Part shown: piece after piece, positions 41,463 to 59,886 of the stretch | How the letters are laid out: every line of letters begins with the position of its first letter | How positions within the stretch are numbered: position 1 is the stretch's first letter | Assembly: GCA_040954595.2 (NCBI GenBank) | Contig: CM082594.2 | Location: forward strand, 6,840,840 to 6,904,839 | Length of the DNA stretch: 64,000 nucleotides | Direction of reading: 5' to 3' | From: Balanoglossus misakiensis | Lineage: Eukaryota > Animalia > Hemichordata | Translations under genes and position numbers: made by a program | Notes under the pieces: generated by a model | Seen by the model: the letters and a program-made list of their open reading frames with translations, nothing else | Told to the model about the DNA's origin: nothing | The model's database searches: none

Positions 41463-44246
41463 ATGATCCGTTCAAAGCATGCAAGCATCACAAAGAAGAA
41501 AAGTGAGAGCCTTTTCTGTAACTATCCTCACCATGCCTGCATGCAGAATCGTCTAGAGGGATTGGATTATTGCATACGACACATCCTCGAAGACAAGAAT
41601 GCCCCGTACAAACAATGCAACTTTGTATCCAGTACAAATGGCCGGCGGTGTTCCAAGGCAGCGCCGAAGTCGGACAAAAAAGATGGGTGAGTTTCAAGCA
41701 TCAGACACTTATTATTCAACAAGGACCTGGCCATGATGCAGTAGGAGCCATAACATAACCAGAGGCTTGGCTGAAACTGACCTACCGAGGGTACATCATA
41801 TTTGATTTGGTTTATGACAGGTACTGTGCGGAACATACTCGCAAAGCAATGATCTGGAGGCATGCAGCGAGCAGAAAGAGAAAACCAGTGGACAACCAGG
41901 AAAGGATAGTTGAACAGTTAGACTATTACAGACCAGGTTCATCCCAACAGCCACCTGAAGTTGTTGCATCTCAAGCAGGCCAATTGATTGGTAAGTTTTT
42001 CCATGCAGAAGCATACCGTATGGTCATGGTACTATGTATCATAAGCTGATCCTCTTTAGCAAATCTTCATAATAATTTTAACTTATCGGAATCTTCTGTT
42101 TTGCATCGTAGAGTGCGAAAGCGACAGTGACAGCGATAAAGAACCCATGTTGGTGGACCAAGCGTGGAGAGGTGATGGTGACAGCGATGCAGACAGTGTG
42201 GACAGTGAATATGAAGACCCTCTCAAGTAAGCTGAAACACTACTGTCTTGCGATTCTTAGACTCAGGTGGTTATAAATCAAACATGTTGGTCAGATGTGT
42301 GTGTGTGTGGCTTTGTAATTCCAGAAGTATTGGCCTAATGACTGTCATTTTTTCCCTCAGACATGCTGGTGTGTACACTGCAGAGGAAGTGGCGTTGATC
42401 ACCAGAGACAAACTGATCCGACTTCAGTCACTCTACATTGACCAGTTTAAAAGATTACAGCATATCCTCAAAGAGAAGAGGAGGAAGTTCTTGACTGCTC
42501 AGAAAATGGAACAAGACACAATAGGTAAAGTTTTTTGGAGGTTAATTACAGACACGGGCGTATTTACTAGAATGGACACATTAGCAAACACACACACAGA
42601 TACCCGCCTACTACTCACACATATGCGGAACTGTTTTACCCAGACTCAATTGTCCTGATCCAAAAAAAGACAAAATGGTCAGGTGTCCAACCATCTACAT
42701 TCTTGGTATATCTACTGATTGTTAATTCCTGTATTACAGCGAAATAACCATATCAACCCTCAATTCTAGCAGTCATGAAAAAAATTGCACTAGTGTAGCC
42801 TACCAAAGCTACCACAACCAGGTCTCGCAACTTACTAGTATCCCCACTCTGTAATGCTTTCAAACATTCACAGGAAAGGGTCTTGGAAAAGTCACCGATC
42901 CCAAAGAGAGACAAAAACTGAAGAAGTTGCAGGCCCTGAAGAGCTATCGCAAGCGGCGAGGCAAAGAGGCGTTGCTGTACCAGCAGTCGAGAGAGCGAAG
43001 GATTAGTGCCACTCCCGATTACTATTCCACGCCTCCCAAACTTCCCAAACCACCCAAGTGTACCTACGCCAAGAAAGGCGTACACTGCAACAACAAGGTT
43101 ATGCCGTTCACCAAACACTGCTTCCAACGTATCCTTTCTTATGTACGCAAAATGCATGTGTTGTGTTAATAGTGGAAATCAAAATGATCCATAATTGGCC
43201 AAACCCAGAATCTGTCAGATTTGCAAACAAACTGAGCCATTTGTGATTATGCCTTTGTACGGTCAGGTAATCACACAATTTTTAGTTGCCACCATACATC
43301 TTCTATCATGATGTGTATCACCAAAACCAAAACCACCAAAACTGTTTGTGTGTGTCACTATTTCTTTAGGTACGACTATTCCCCTTAACCTGTTCCGCTC
43401 AGATATTTTACATGATCCATACCAGGTCTTGTATCAGTGCTGCAGTGATGAGAGTGGCTGCAGTCAGCCTGTGTTCGCCGTAGATGCAAATACTTGTTTT
43501 GCGCACAGAACATTGCCAGAATTTACCAATAGGTGGCCTCTGGAAATGCCAGATAAAACAGAGGTGAGAGTGTGTCCAATTGCAGTTTTTCCTTTTGCCT
43601 TCCAATTGACTTTTACGATGCTATAACTTCTTTTTCCAAAGTTGCACCCTGGTGCAATGCATTCAACAGTGTGTTAAGCACTCGCACACGCGTGCACACA
43701 CACACACACACACACAGAGTTTCAGAGGAAGTTTACATTATTTTCTCCCCTAAGCTCAGTTTTCAAATTACCTTTCAGGAAACTCAGCCAATTGATGTGG
43801 AAAGTCCTGATCAAGTTTTATTAGAAGGCCAGACGACGGGGGAGACGACAGATTCTGCCATGAAGGAGGAATCTCAGTCATCAACAGCTGCAGAGAGTTC
43901 GGAAAGTCAACAAGAGAAAGCGGTAAATATTATAATATCTGTTTGTTCACCAGAGCTCAGGCAGGATTCAAAGGGTTAATGGAATTTGATGTGAGACGAT
44001 AAAATTGCTACAAAATTACATGTATTTTTAATGGCTGCTGTTTTTATACGTGAAATACATGTTTGTTATGCAGATTAACTTTATTCATCTAGTTCTGTAA
44101 TTTAAACAATTTTCTTGTATTGTTTTTGACAGGGTGGCACAGAAAGTCCGGTTGCCTCGACAAGCCAACAACAACAACAACAACAACAAAGTGATGATAC
44201 TTCACAGAGTATCCCACCTTCTAAAGAAGAATCAATGAACGTGTAG
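41463..44246 (+). CDS. KANSL2: KAT8 regulatory NSL complex subunit 2
   Basis: Exons 41463-41686, 41821-41990, 42112-42226, 42361-42524, 42874-43128, 43403-43563, 43779-43922, 44133-44246. Motifs [72 protein letters not shown], second C3H zinc-finger pair [16 protein letters not shown]. Confidence 0.96.
43129..43402 (+). other. U12-type GT-AG intron in KANSL2
   Basis: 5' site GTATCCTTT at 43129; branch site CCTTAAC at 43383-43389; AG at 43401-43402; splicing rebuilds the zinc-ligand His codon (C|AT). Confidence 0.94.
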
Positions 44247-44833
44247 TCTAGACATGTGCAGATTCTTTCTCAATTAAAGTGGACATACATATGTAGTATT
44301 AATGTAAAAAGAATCACCTCTGTATTTTGAACATTAACTTGCACTGCCATTTCAATCTTTGATGAGCCATTGCTCCAGTAAGGGTCAAGTTTTAAAGATT
44401 AAATCATTCTGGTTAAATCAGATTAAGAACTGACACATTTGAACTGTCAAATTTTGAGACATTGATACATTTTTTTGTAAAATGCTTACCGGGTATTATA
44501 AATAAAAACACATAAAGGATAATGCATGTTTCTGTGTCTTGATTTACTTGACAATTGACTGATATTGGTACAAAAAGATTTCAGTTTTTCTTCAACAAAT
44601 ATTAATTATAACAATTGCTAAATCATGATACACAAAAGATAAAAATATGGGTACACTATTTAATATAAGAGTACATGTATCGATCTCCGCCAAAACCAAA
44701 TGGATATGTTATTTATGATATATTACAACAATATTCCAGGAGAATGTGGTGTGTACATATCATGTATATTGTTTGTAACAGACATTTCCCCCACAATGCA
44801 AAGCGCGACGTTTCCGGTAAGGGGAAAATAATC

Positions 44834-49035
<4,202 letters not shown>

Positions 49036-50099
49036 TACTGTAGCTCCTGCGAACTATGTATATACTGAATCTGGGTCTGTTTACAGCCCATCATTTTAAC
49101 AAGATATTCATATTGGATGGGACTTTCGGAGAAGAGGTACTAAGGGGAAAAGGATTGACCATTCGTCACCAACTTTGCCTGTCTAGTCAAGAAGGGGGCC
49201 ACATGCTGGTACATATAACTATGAAAATGGTAGAAGAATTTGTTTTGAATCAGCTTTTCTTACCCCTTCCATTTGTAAGAATGTAGAAATGAACACTTTG
49301 TATGAAAAGACAGTATTTTTTTTTCACCAGTTCAAGGAAAACCCATGCTAGTTTATATATAGAGTATCATAGAAACTTATATTCGGTGGAAAATTTTTCC
49401 TTAAAACCATGTGTGCAGATTAAATTCAAGTTCCTCCTTTTTTTTGCCCACTGATGAATAAGTTAAAATTCTAATATCCATGGCAACAGCTGCCATTCCT
49501 GTTATGTATTTTCAAAGAGGGAGTTTGTGAATGATACATTGTAATAAAGGAAAAATAAACTTTTCACATTATTATCCACATTTCTGAAAGAGGAAACATT
49601 TTTATTCACAAAACTGAAGATCCTCACAGTAAACACTGCCCCAGGTAAAAGGTATACATTTGTACATGTAGCCAGCCAGCTGCAACTTGTACTTTGGTTG
49701 CAAAACTCTACTTTTGGCTTTGAAAGACATCATCCGACTGCATTGTGGTAAAACCACCATGCAAAAATCATACCTACTCTTGAATAACACAATGACTATT
49801 TACTTCGGTCAACAAGTCTGCTAATGCGAAAATCCTTTGCAGTTCAGCACTTTTACAAAATAATCAAAATTGATTTAGACTGAAATATATCATATTATTA
49901 AATATCATTTTACAGAAATGTTTCCACCAGTGTAACATCATTCCTATGAAACAAATAAATTAGCGTGTATCATGGTACTAATAACAAAGGAGGCAATGTA
50001 TCCTTTGCTTTCAATATGCTACGCTGCCAACAAGCCTGCCGGTACAACAGGAATTCACTACTATTTACATTTTAAAAATTAATACATGTACAACCCCGA

Positions 50100-50182
50100 T
50101 TAAACCTTTTCACTAGCATAGTTTGGGCGAAATGCAGTGTTTTCTATGGTTACCGTTTGACATCTTGGTACAGAGAGCACTG
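50100..50182 (-). mobile_element. MITE family A, degenerate reverse-orientation copy in the presumed ARMC8 3' UTR
   Basis: TTAAACCTTTTCACTAGCATAGTTTGGGC..TGTTTTCTATGGT.. resembles the reverse complement of 31555-31640. Confidence 0.5.
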
Positions 50183-50538
50183 TCGGCAGTCTTCAACACA
50201 GATGGCGCTCTTCACACGAGCAACTTGTACTCTCGCAACCAGGCTCTCCATGAAGACCTCCATCATAAGAACACTCCGACGAGAAGGCGATAATAATTAA
50301 TATACCTAGTAGCTACTTCGCCAGAGATGGACCTCCAACAAACAATGCATCTCGCAGGTTCTTGTGAGCACATAATTGTAGTCTCAAATCATCACTCTGT
50401 ACACGTTGGGATGCGGACGGGGCTATATACAGAAGGCAAGTATAATGCTAATATAGTACACAGCTGTTGAATACAACGCAGTTACTTCTCGACACACAGT
50501 GTCTGTTAAGTCCAGTAAAGATACATTTCCCGTTCTAG

Positions 50539-53500
50539 TCAGGTGAACTGTTGCAGTGCCGTTTTCACCCTGAAATTGAAGAAAAAAAACGCAAAGTGAT
50601 TTCAACCTCTGTACTTTGCTGACACACAGACAAGCTTCTATCTTAGTTTAATAAAATTATTCCAAATTATTTCATAGAAATGATCTTAGACTCACTTCTC
50701 AAAAAGAACAGTATCACTGGAGCTGAGTAACTGCTGCAAAAGTTTCTGCACGCCCATGTCGCGCAGTTTGGCCTGTCGGTCAAGGGCGCCTTCTTCCTCG
50801 TTCCACACCAAGTTTGAAATGCAATACGTGGCTGCTATTTGTAGTTTCACATTTGCATGAATCTGAAAATCAAACACAGTTTGAAGATGGATGAAACATG
50901 GTCAACATGTTCATCTTTTCTCCACACCACTAATTACAAATCCTGGTGTGGCATAAGCTGACTTGGCCCATCCTTGCACAGCAAGATTTTTGAATGAACA
51001 GGTTTGTACAAATCACCAAAACACTGCAGTGTGAAAGACACATACCATGTAATTGGTAATCTTTTTCAGCACATCATCATTGTTCATGATGTATTCCTTG
51101 GCTGTGCATCCATCGGCAATGTTGGCCAAGATACACAGGGTCTGAAATTAAAGGAGGCATTTGAAGTTACATTCTCTCTCTGAACAATGGCAGGCTTCAC
51201 AAGGTATTTGGACTAATTGCAATTGTAGTATCGGTTCTGGCTAGTAAAATTAAAAGTATGTGACGCACCTGTTCTTTGACTTCTGTGGCGTGATCTCCCT
51301 CCAGAATGAGAACCACAGCTTGCATGATGTCACTTCCATGTTGGGTCATCACATGATCAATATGCTAATGAGAGAAAACACAAACATAGTATACATAGTT
51401 TCATTCAATCTCTTTATTCTCAATTAACCACAAATAATACATGTGGCCACGTATCAAATTCTGCACACAAAGCAACTGAGATACTCACTGGTTTTGTGGA
51501 GAGAAGATTCCTGAGTAAGCCGAGCGTTTTCATCAGGACGTCCACACTTGGGTCTGATAGTAATCTGAACATTTGTTGTGTGCTGAGATGCGTCAAGATA
51601 TTGCTCTTAATCTTCTCATCGGCTTGAAATGCCATGTTCTAATTAAACACACGGGGGAAAAAAGACAAATGTGTATACATTGTACTAGAATATACCCTCT
51701 ATATGTCCTTACAAGCTGCACAGTTTATCATCGTACAGTCTATCCATAGACAGCAGGTTGTGGGAGTCATGCTTGACATCATTTACAATCACTGCAATCT
51801 TGGTTTCTTTGGATTACTGTATGCGAGAAAAGAAAGCTTACCATGAGAGCCCATATTCCGTTCAGTCGTAGAGAAGCATTCTCCCGTCTTGTCAACTCGC
51901 ACAGTAACCTGATCGCTCCAGACTCGAGGATTGGCTGCAGAAATAAAAAAATTGGTTGTGTAAACATTTTATGTGTATTCGAAACAAGAAATGACAACAA
52001 CATTACAGAGACGTGACACCACACAAATGAGAAGGTACAATTATAGGGAAAATCCAAGGTAATTATCTCAAGTGAAAAACTAGAACTAGTATACCTCTTT
52101 ACTTGGAGAAAACTCCAGCAGTAGATTACAAAGCGTAGATGAGGCAACCGTCAGGAGATCATCTGATGCATTATTAAGAAGCTGTTGACAAACAAGACAG
52201 AAAACTGAGAAAACACACAATCAGTTCAGAAGAATCAACGTACAGCTACTTTTGACATTCAGTGACAAATTAAAAAATGAAATTATGAATGACAATGAAC
52301 CCACACCTTCATCAAGGGTTTCCAAACTGCATGGTCTTGGAAACTTGTCCGGAGCTGTTGGACCGATCTGGAAAGGCTGTGCAGACACTTGACAGCTGCC
52401 ATGCGGACATGAATACTGGGATCTGACAGACCTGTCACCACATGGTCCATTAAATTTTCAGTTTCAATTATCTGAGGGAAAAAGAAGAGAAAAATTAGTT
52501 TTGTGGTCAGCCTGGTGGAGGTAGATTTTCTGTGATGGTTATCAATACTTGAAGATTGTAGTGTTGTGAATTATTATGTTCAAAATGTTGCCTTACCCTC
52601 TTTCTGATGTCTTCGTCATTGGCACCTAAGGATGCATACGCTTTGAATGCTGCCTGCCTGAGCTGACTGCTGTATTTCTTATCATTATTCTGTGCAAGAA
52701 AGTTAGAAATACTTCACTGAATAAAATTATGGTAAATGCTCAACTTATCCACACAGTCACTTATCATGTATACAGAAGACAGGTGTTCCTTGTCTAATTT
52801 AATTTAAACATTCCAGGATGATCTATGTTTTGTCTTCAAAAGAATCACAATACATCAGACATACTTGTAGAATAACAAAGTCCATAGTTACAGGTATGGT
52901 TCAATTTCAGACATTACTAAAACACAGTCCTGCTGAGATTTTACAGAATATATTAAACAAACAACTAACAAACCTTGTTCAAGCCAGACACAGAATTTGA
53001 GTTGTTGGAGTTCGACTGCCAGCGCAGATACTGGGCCAATGTTTTGATCAGATGGTCAGATATACTAGCCATTCTCTGCAGCTCTGTGTCCACCTCGATG
53101 AGGTAGGCCAATGACTCAGCTCCTTCTATCCTCTCGGGTAACTTCTTTGTGTTCTTACACATTCTCACTAGTGTTGGCAGAGCCTGTGGGTGGGAAAGAT
53201 TTACACGAATGTTCTTATATGTAGTGCAAGTCTCATATGAATTCCTGAACTGAACATTATGCTCAGTGTCTGTGGTGTCCAGTACAGAAAATATAAGGGG
53301 CGGAGATTAGACACTGTAGAAAGTACCTGAGATTCCAAGAAAAGCATTCACATACCTTTGTTACTATGCTTGATTCTCTTGGTTGGATGGCTCCAGCACG
53401 ACAGAGAAATGTCAAACTGTTGGATGAAGATGCGATATCATAATGATCAGTGACATCAGAGAAATAGCTCACTTTTATAAAGGTTTATATGGCACAAATA

Positions 53501-56006
53501 CCCTTCTGTCTTTCATTGAATTTACAACAAATGCCTCAACCAGAAATCTCAAACAATGAACGTGGAGGATTTTCGTGAACTTACCATTTGGCAGCTGTCA
53601 GCTGCATGGAGTCACTTTGTTCACGCCCGCACAGCCTTATCAGGGTATCCAGAATATTGCCTCCATCAAAGCTAGCTGAAAATTGAATTTTTCCCACAAA
53701 AAAGATTAAAATCTGACATGAAATATGAACTGTTGATTTGGTGGCAGTTATGAAGCCGGGTAGTTATCAGGATATGTGGGCAATTCGCACCTGGGAACCT
53801 GAAGACAATTGGAGAATGAAACTCACCGGTAACAACGGAGTAGGCAACTTTTTCATTTTGATAGCAAATAACTGCAAAGCACTGGAGAGTAGGCAGCTGA
53901 ACCTGAAGCAACAATAAACAATCATAAGGAGTGAAAATTAAAGCATATTTGAAGATGTCAGGAGTACAAGAGAGAATTACAGTACACTTGCATTACACTT
54001 CCAAAACTTTCATTACCTGTGCACAGTTGGACACTAGCAGAGGTGCCAGAGACTGAATGATTCCATGACTGCACAGAATATCCTGCTGTTCTGTGGTCTG
54101 GGAAGGTAAGATATTTCACAGATGTTAGCTTTATATTTCAAACAAAGGATATCCGTCTACAAACTCTGGATTACAAGCTACCCTGGTATCTGAATGTACA
54201 TGATGTTGTTGAACTTATTATTGAATACACTTGGAAAATTTTCATCTTCATCTATATTCCACACAATCATAATTATGCAAATACAGAGTACAGACTGTAT
54301 ATTAGTGTGATCACACAGTCTCTGCCTACCTTGCAACACTTAGCAATGATGTTTGTAATACATTCCTGGGTACACAGAGATATCGGTAGAATCTGAATCA
54401 ACAGGGCAACCACACTGCTATCCTGAAATAGAAATATAATCATTGGAAAAGTCAGTCTAGTGCCAAAATGAACTGCTCACTGTCTAGCAATAGAACTACT
54501 TGCTTTCCATCTTTCCATGAACACAATGAAAGTTCTGCATGAGTTTGTTTCATTTTTGTATGTACTACAAAGACATAGAGCAGCATCAATTTAGTGTTGG
54601 TGTTACTCACATTGTACAGATAATCAGTCGGTGTGATATCACTGCTGAATAGAGTCCTGAGACAACGCAAAGACGCTTCAACGTACTTGATATCAGAATT
54701 TCCAAGCCCTGAAAGAAACCACAGATGCAAAACAATTGTTGAACATAGTCATCCTGCCTGGTGTCCCCACTGAAAGGAAATTCATTCTCGGAAAGCTTTG
54801 TTTAATCTTTATCAAACCCAGCAGTACTATTTATAGTTCTCAGACTCAGAGAAATTCAACGTTACCTTTGAGTAGGATCGGTACGACATTTGCATTGAGA
54901 AGACTTCTGACATTTTCCTCATTTCCTTTAGCAAGACTGCCGAGGACAACGGCCGACTCAAGTAGTAATTCAGGATGGCCAGGAAAGTCAGTCTGGACCT
55001 GTAGAAGTCTGATGTGCAGAAAAAAAAACCCTGACTGTCAATTTCCAAATCCACTAAGAAACTTTTCTTCAACAGAATGCACCATTTGCGAGGAAAACAA
55101 TTCGGCTTGGATTGGCAGAATCTTTAAATCATGAGTATTTGATTTCAGTTAGAGAGAGAAGTTCACCAGCTTTACGTGAGGCACTTACTTGGGAATTGCT
55201 CCACACATGACCATGTTGGTTTTCTGTCGATTACTCCCAATCACTGAGTTCTTCATTTGCCTAAAGAGGGACAGAAAACACACATCTATCACGATTCGAC
55301 CCCACTATTTGTAAAATCACAGTTTCAGAACCCACTTCACACCAATGCTTAAAGAACTAATGGTCAATTTTGGCTTACCTCAGTGCAAGAAGCAATTGCT
55401 GTGGATCTCCAGTGCTCAGATTGTCCACACATATCTGACTGGGATTACTTTCTTCCTGTGAATTTCGTATGAAACACAAAGTGTTATTTCAACCCTTCAC
55501 AATTAAACCTGGCATTGGCAGGGGTATTTGGTATAGGCTGTCTGGCAGCCTTTACACCATAAAAACTAAATACCCAAGCTTATTCTATAGTGAACATAAG
55601 TGTACAAACACATCAACAGCACCATGTTGATATTGTAGTATTACATCAGTTCACATGTCACATTTCTGTTCCGCATCATTCTGAGGCGGTTAGAAATAAT
55701 ATCAGCAAAGAAACGAAAGCTTTCTTCGGTTCTACATATTACCACGCTCTTTATCAGAAGTGACTCAGACGACACACATTGCCATGTTCGAAAGGTGTTG
55801 TCGTCAAACACACAACACAACGTGACATACAATGTACTACAGTAATAGTATTATCATGACTAGCTAGTACCGCGCGGCTTATGTCAGCCACTGACGCGGC
55901 ATTTTGCCGACAAAAATAAAGATACTGTAAGTATCAAAGGGATACCTACCCCAATTATCATTGATTCCAACATTTTCAGTTTAAGTTTTTGGTCAAAGCG
56001 TCCCAT
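50539..56006 (-). CDS. ARMC8: Armadillo repeat-containing protein 8 (GID5, CTLH E3 ligase subunit)
   Basis: Many short exons: [138 protein letters not shown], ending VKTALQQFT*. Start ATG at 56006 is inferred. Confidence 0.95.
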
Positions 56007-56634
56007 AAATCGACAAAGAAACCTGTAGTAGGTGAAGGCAAGACGTCTAGCCCAGCTGACGGTGTAGACGACATTAATTTACAAAATGTGCATTCGTTTG
56101 AAATCTGTTTAATATCATACCCCAGGCTAGTGCATTATTTCAACAAAGACTATAGCATTTTCATTTAATAAATATATATTTATCAGAATGCAATATAATT
56201 TTTATGATTTTACATCGAAACGAAAATATTTCTGAGTGTTTTACGAATAGGTTAATTTAGAATGTAGCCATGAGTTGGCGGAAATTTGAAAACGAGGCTA
56301 GGAATCCCCCTTGGTAGATCACTACTGTAGACGATCGTATGCGTGAGTACCTATGTGTTTACTGAGCTGTGTTTATCAATCGGTTATGGGAATTGAGATA
56401 GACTGCATTCATATTTTCAGCCTGATTACATGTACATCCCATCAGTCATACATTCCAGCCGTAGATAGCGTACCCATAGCCAAGCAGATCCAACGCCGGG
56501 CTGGGGTATCCCCGTGGTCCATCCACCCAAACACATATCCATCCATACATGTACATGGCATATACTGCATCAAAATAGTGGGGCATAATCATGTCTTTAA
56601 TATGTTTTTCCATGTAGATTAAAATATTTCAATT

Positions 56635-59347
56635 ATGAAGGTGGCAATAGAAGGGTGTGCCCATGGAGAACTGGAGAAGATCTACGACACGATAGAATTT
56701 CTGGAGAAGAAAGAGAACATCAAAGTGGACCTGTTGCTGTGTTGCGGGGATTTCCAGTCTGTCAGGAATGAGGCTGATCTGCTGTGCATGGCTGTACCAC
56801 CAAAGTACAGACAGATGTGTTCTTTTTACAAGTGAGTTGCTGCACAATGAATGAGCAGTAGTATTTACTCAGTGTGGATCAGTTTGGCAGCATATAAACA
56901 AATGACCATCTTTATTTTGAGAAAGTACTTTCAAAACAATGTATTGATGGCGATATGATAAAATGTGTGTGTACTATACCCAACACTACAATGAAGTTTT
57001 TCATTTTTCCGTGCTTGACTGATTTATATATTTCCAGGTACTATTCCGGGGAAAAGACAGCACCCATCCCAACAATTTTCATCGGTGGCAATCATGAAGC
57101 CTCCAACTACCTTGCAGAGCTGCCGTATGGTGGATGGGTGTGTCCTAATATTTACTACTTGGGTAAGAATCGCATGACAAACTGTCAGGTCATTTGTGTT
57201 CTCTAATAATGTCAAGAACTATAGAATCAGATACGACAGAAAGTGGACCATATTCAAATATGGGTGTCAAGAGTCCAAAAATCCGATCATATCTCCATAT
57301 TGACCAAGATGAAAATTATAACATTTGCTCTCATAGGTTATGCAGGGGTTGTCAACTTTGGTGGTGTGCGCATCGCTGGTATGTCAGGCATATACAAACA
57401 TCACGACTACAAGAAAGGACATTTTGAGAAACCGCCATTTGGACAGGACACAGTCAGAAGTATTTACCATGTCAGAAATTTAGAAGTCTTCAGGCTCAAA
57501 CAGGTAAGGTGTATATTGCACACACCAAAAAGGGAGAAACCTACATCAAAAATCCTCAAAATAGCTTCCAAAATATCAGACCACTCTCTTATCTGATATG
57601 GTAATGAGCAACTGCATGTATATTACAGATAAAGCAACCATTGGATATCGTCATGTCACATGACTGGCCAAGGAAAGTATATTCATATGGAAACACAGAT
57701 GAACTTCTCAGGAAGAAGAGATTTCTGAAGCAGGAGGTCGAATCAAAACAACTAGGTAGGCTCTTCACATGTTACATCATTACATATATCATAGACAAGT
57801 CAAAGCAAACCCAGCACAAATTGCGGTTGTATTCATAATTGTCCTGATTATTCCACAGGTAATCCTGCTGCAGAAGAGCTGCTCCATGCGTTGAAGCCTT
57901 CCTACTGGTTCTCTGCTCATCTTCATGTCAAATTCCCAGCTGTAATTCAGCATACAGTAAGTGTAGTCTGTAACGTCCTATGGTATCTGGCCTGTGAAAA
58001 CATTGTGTAATATCTCTAAAAAAAACTAAAACTCCAAAAAATCATTTTTTTTTTGCAGACTGACAGTGAAGATGATGATGATGACAGCGCCTGTGTTGAC
58101 AATGGTAAAATTAAGAAGGCAAAAATAACGAAGTTTCTAGCGCTGGATAAATGTTTACCCTACAGAGATTTTCTCCAGGCAAGTTGGTGTTCCTGCTCTT
58201 TGCGTCTGAGATTTTGGTTATATTTTGTTTAGCTTATGCATGCACTTCAGTGGCAGAAATCTGCCATCTTGGAATTCTGTCAAACATGAGGTTTGTATCA
58301 CTCATTCACTTCAGTAGCAAACTGTTAAATATGGCAATAATTGTCAGTTGGTGAGGTCAAAGTATGTTTGTTCTTTCTATCCACCAGGTCATCGACATTC
58401 CGAGCAAGACAGATGGACCAAATGAACTGATGTACGATGAGGAATGGATCGCTATTCTGAAATCCACCAATCATCTGCTGCGTACCACATCGCAGGCCAT
58501 GAACATGCCATTTCCTGGGTTGCAAGAAAGGTACAGACATTTCATTTCAAGTCACTAACGTTCAAAGATAACCTGATTCACCTTAGATATGCAACTGAGA
58601 AAAACCTAGTTTGTTTGTGCCATTTTAGTGCTCTAGCCCAAGTTCAAATATCCATAGAATGTAAAAAGAGCCAGGTTCACCCCAGAGTTCAATTTTTTGT
58701 CTCCTAGATGGGATTTCACTGCCACGGAAGAGGAACTGAAGGCCGTCCGGGAAGACTGCAAGGGGAATTTCATGATACCGGAAAACTTTGAGAAGACAGC
58801 CCCAGCGTACGACACGCAACAGGCGCCGGACTCCAGACGGGCCAAAATGCCGCAAGGGTGCGTGAATCCCCAGACGACGCGGTTCTGCGAGACTTTCAAG
58901 GTCACGGACCCGAACGCCGTGAACTGCGGCAAAGGCCAGGAAGGAAGGCAGACCCCGAAGAAAACAGACAATCCGGACGAGATTATGTTAGATGATGACG
59001 AGAGCGACGATGGCAGTAGCAGCAGCAGCAGTGATGTCGAAAGTTCGGACGTCACCACGGATGACATGACGACCACTGACCCCCCGTCGGATGTTCCCCT
59101 GGACGCCTCCTCAGACGAAGTCAAAAAATCGGAAGAGGACACGACCACCGAAGTTTCCTCTTCGTCGTCGCCGTCGTACGCCACTGATGGAACCTCGGGT
59201 ACGCTGACAGAGTCGTCGGTTCCGGACGAACCTCTGCCGGACGTGAGGAGGACCGCAGATGACGAGCTTTGCCACAAAGGGCCGAAACGATTCAAGAGGA
59301 GAAACCAGGCAATTTACGAACAGAGAGAAGAAGATTCAGACAATTAG
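56635..59347 (+). CDS. DBR1: Lariat debranching enzyme
   Basis: Exons 56635-56831, 57038-57161, 57337-57502, 57629-57755, 57859-57956, 58059-58178, 58388-58530, 58708-59347. Metallophosphoesterase motifs GCAHG, CGDFQ, GGNHE, SHDWP, FSAHLH, plus [26 protein letters not shown] and FKRRNQAIY. Confidence 0.97.
58179..58387 (+). other. GC-AG intron in DBR1
   Basis: Donor CAG|GCAAGT joins RDFLQ to VIDIPS in frame (phase 0). Confidence 0.85.
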
Positions 59348-59886
59348 TCATATAGAACTTACCTGACTTCCTCTTGGTAGTATTGATTTTATATCACTTT
59401 TATTAAATATATTTCAATTTTGCCACCATACAACTTATGATGGGATGGTACATTTTTTATCAATGTTGGAAATAATTGATGATACGCTGACTTGCATACA
59501 TTTTCTGTCCAATTTCAGTCAATTATGTTTTTAACCATAGGAGTACTGCCCAGCATATGTTTACATATTAAAACACATACCGAAATAGAATTTTTGTAAA
59601 TAAAGTTTGGGACTTAAAAATCCGAGACATACACCTAGACTGTGTGAAATTTGTATTTTTATTTCGACAAAATGTCATATAGTTTGCTGTTCATGCATAT
59701 CACCAGACCATATCCAAAATACAAAAATAACAATAAAACAAATCACTTCAAATAAAAAAATAACATACTGGCTAATTTGTTTACATGTATAATAAATCAC
59801 AGTAAAATTTTAAGCATGCAGCATAAAGTCCACTTTGGAATGATCCATTTATTGTACCTTGATAAAAACACAAAAATTGTTCTGAA

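Noticed and set aside
40717-43778. Intronic snoRNAs in KANSL2, as hosted by the vertebrate gene
   Set aside because: I saw isolated ATGATGA or ACA words but no matched C/D pair with a terminal stem and no convincing H/ACA double hairpin.
58633-59295. 220 aa antisense ORF over the DBR1 last exon
   Set aside because: Antisense reading of an Asp/Ser/Thr-rich tail; no independent evidence.
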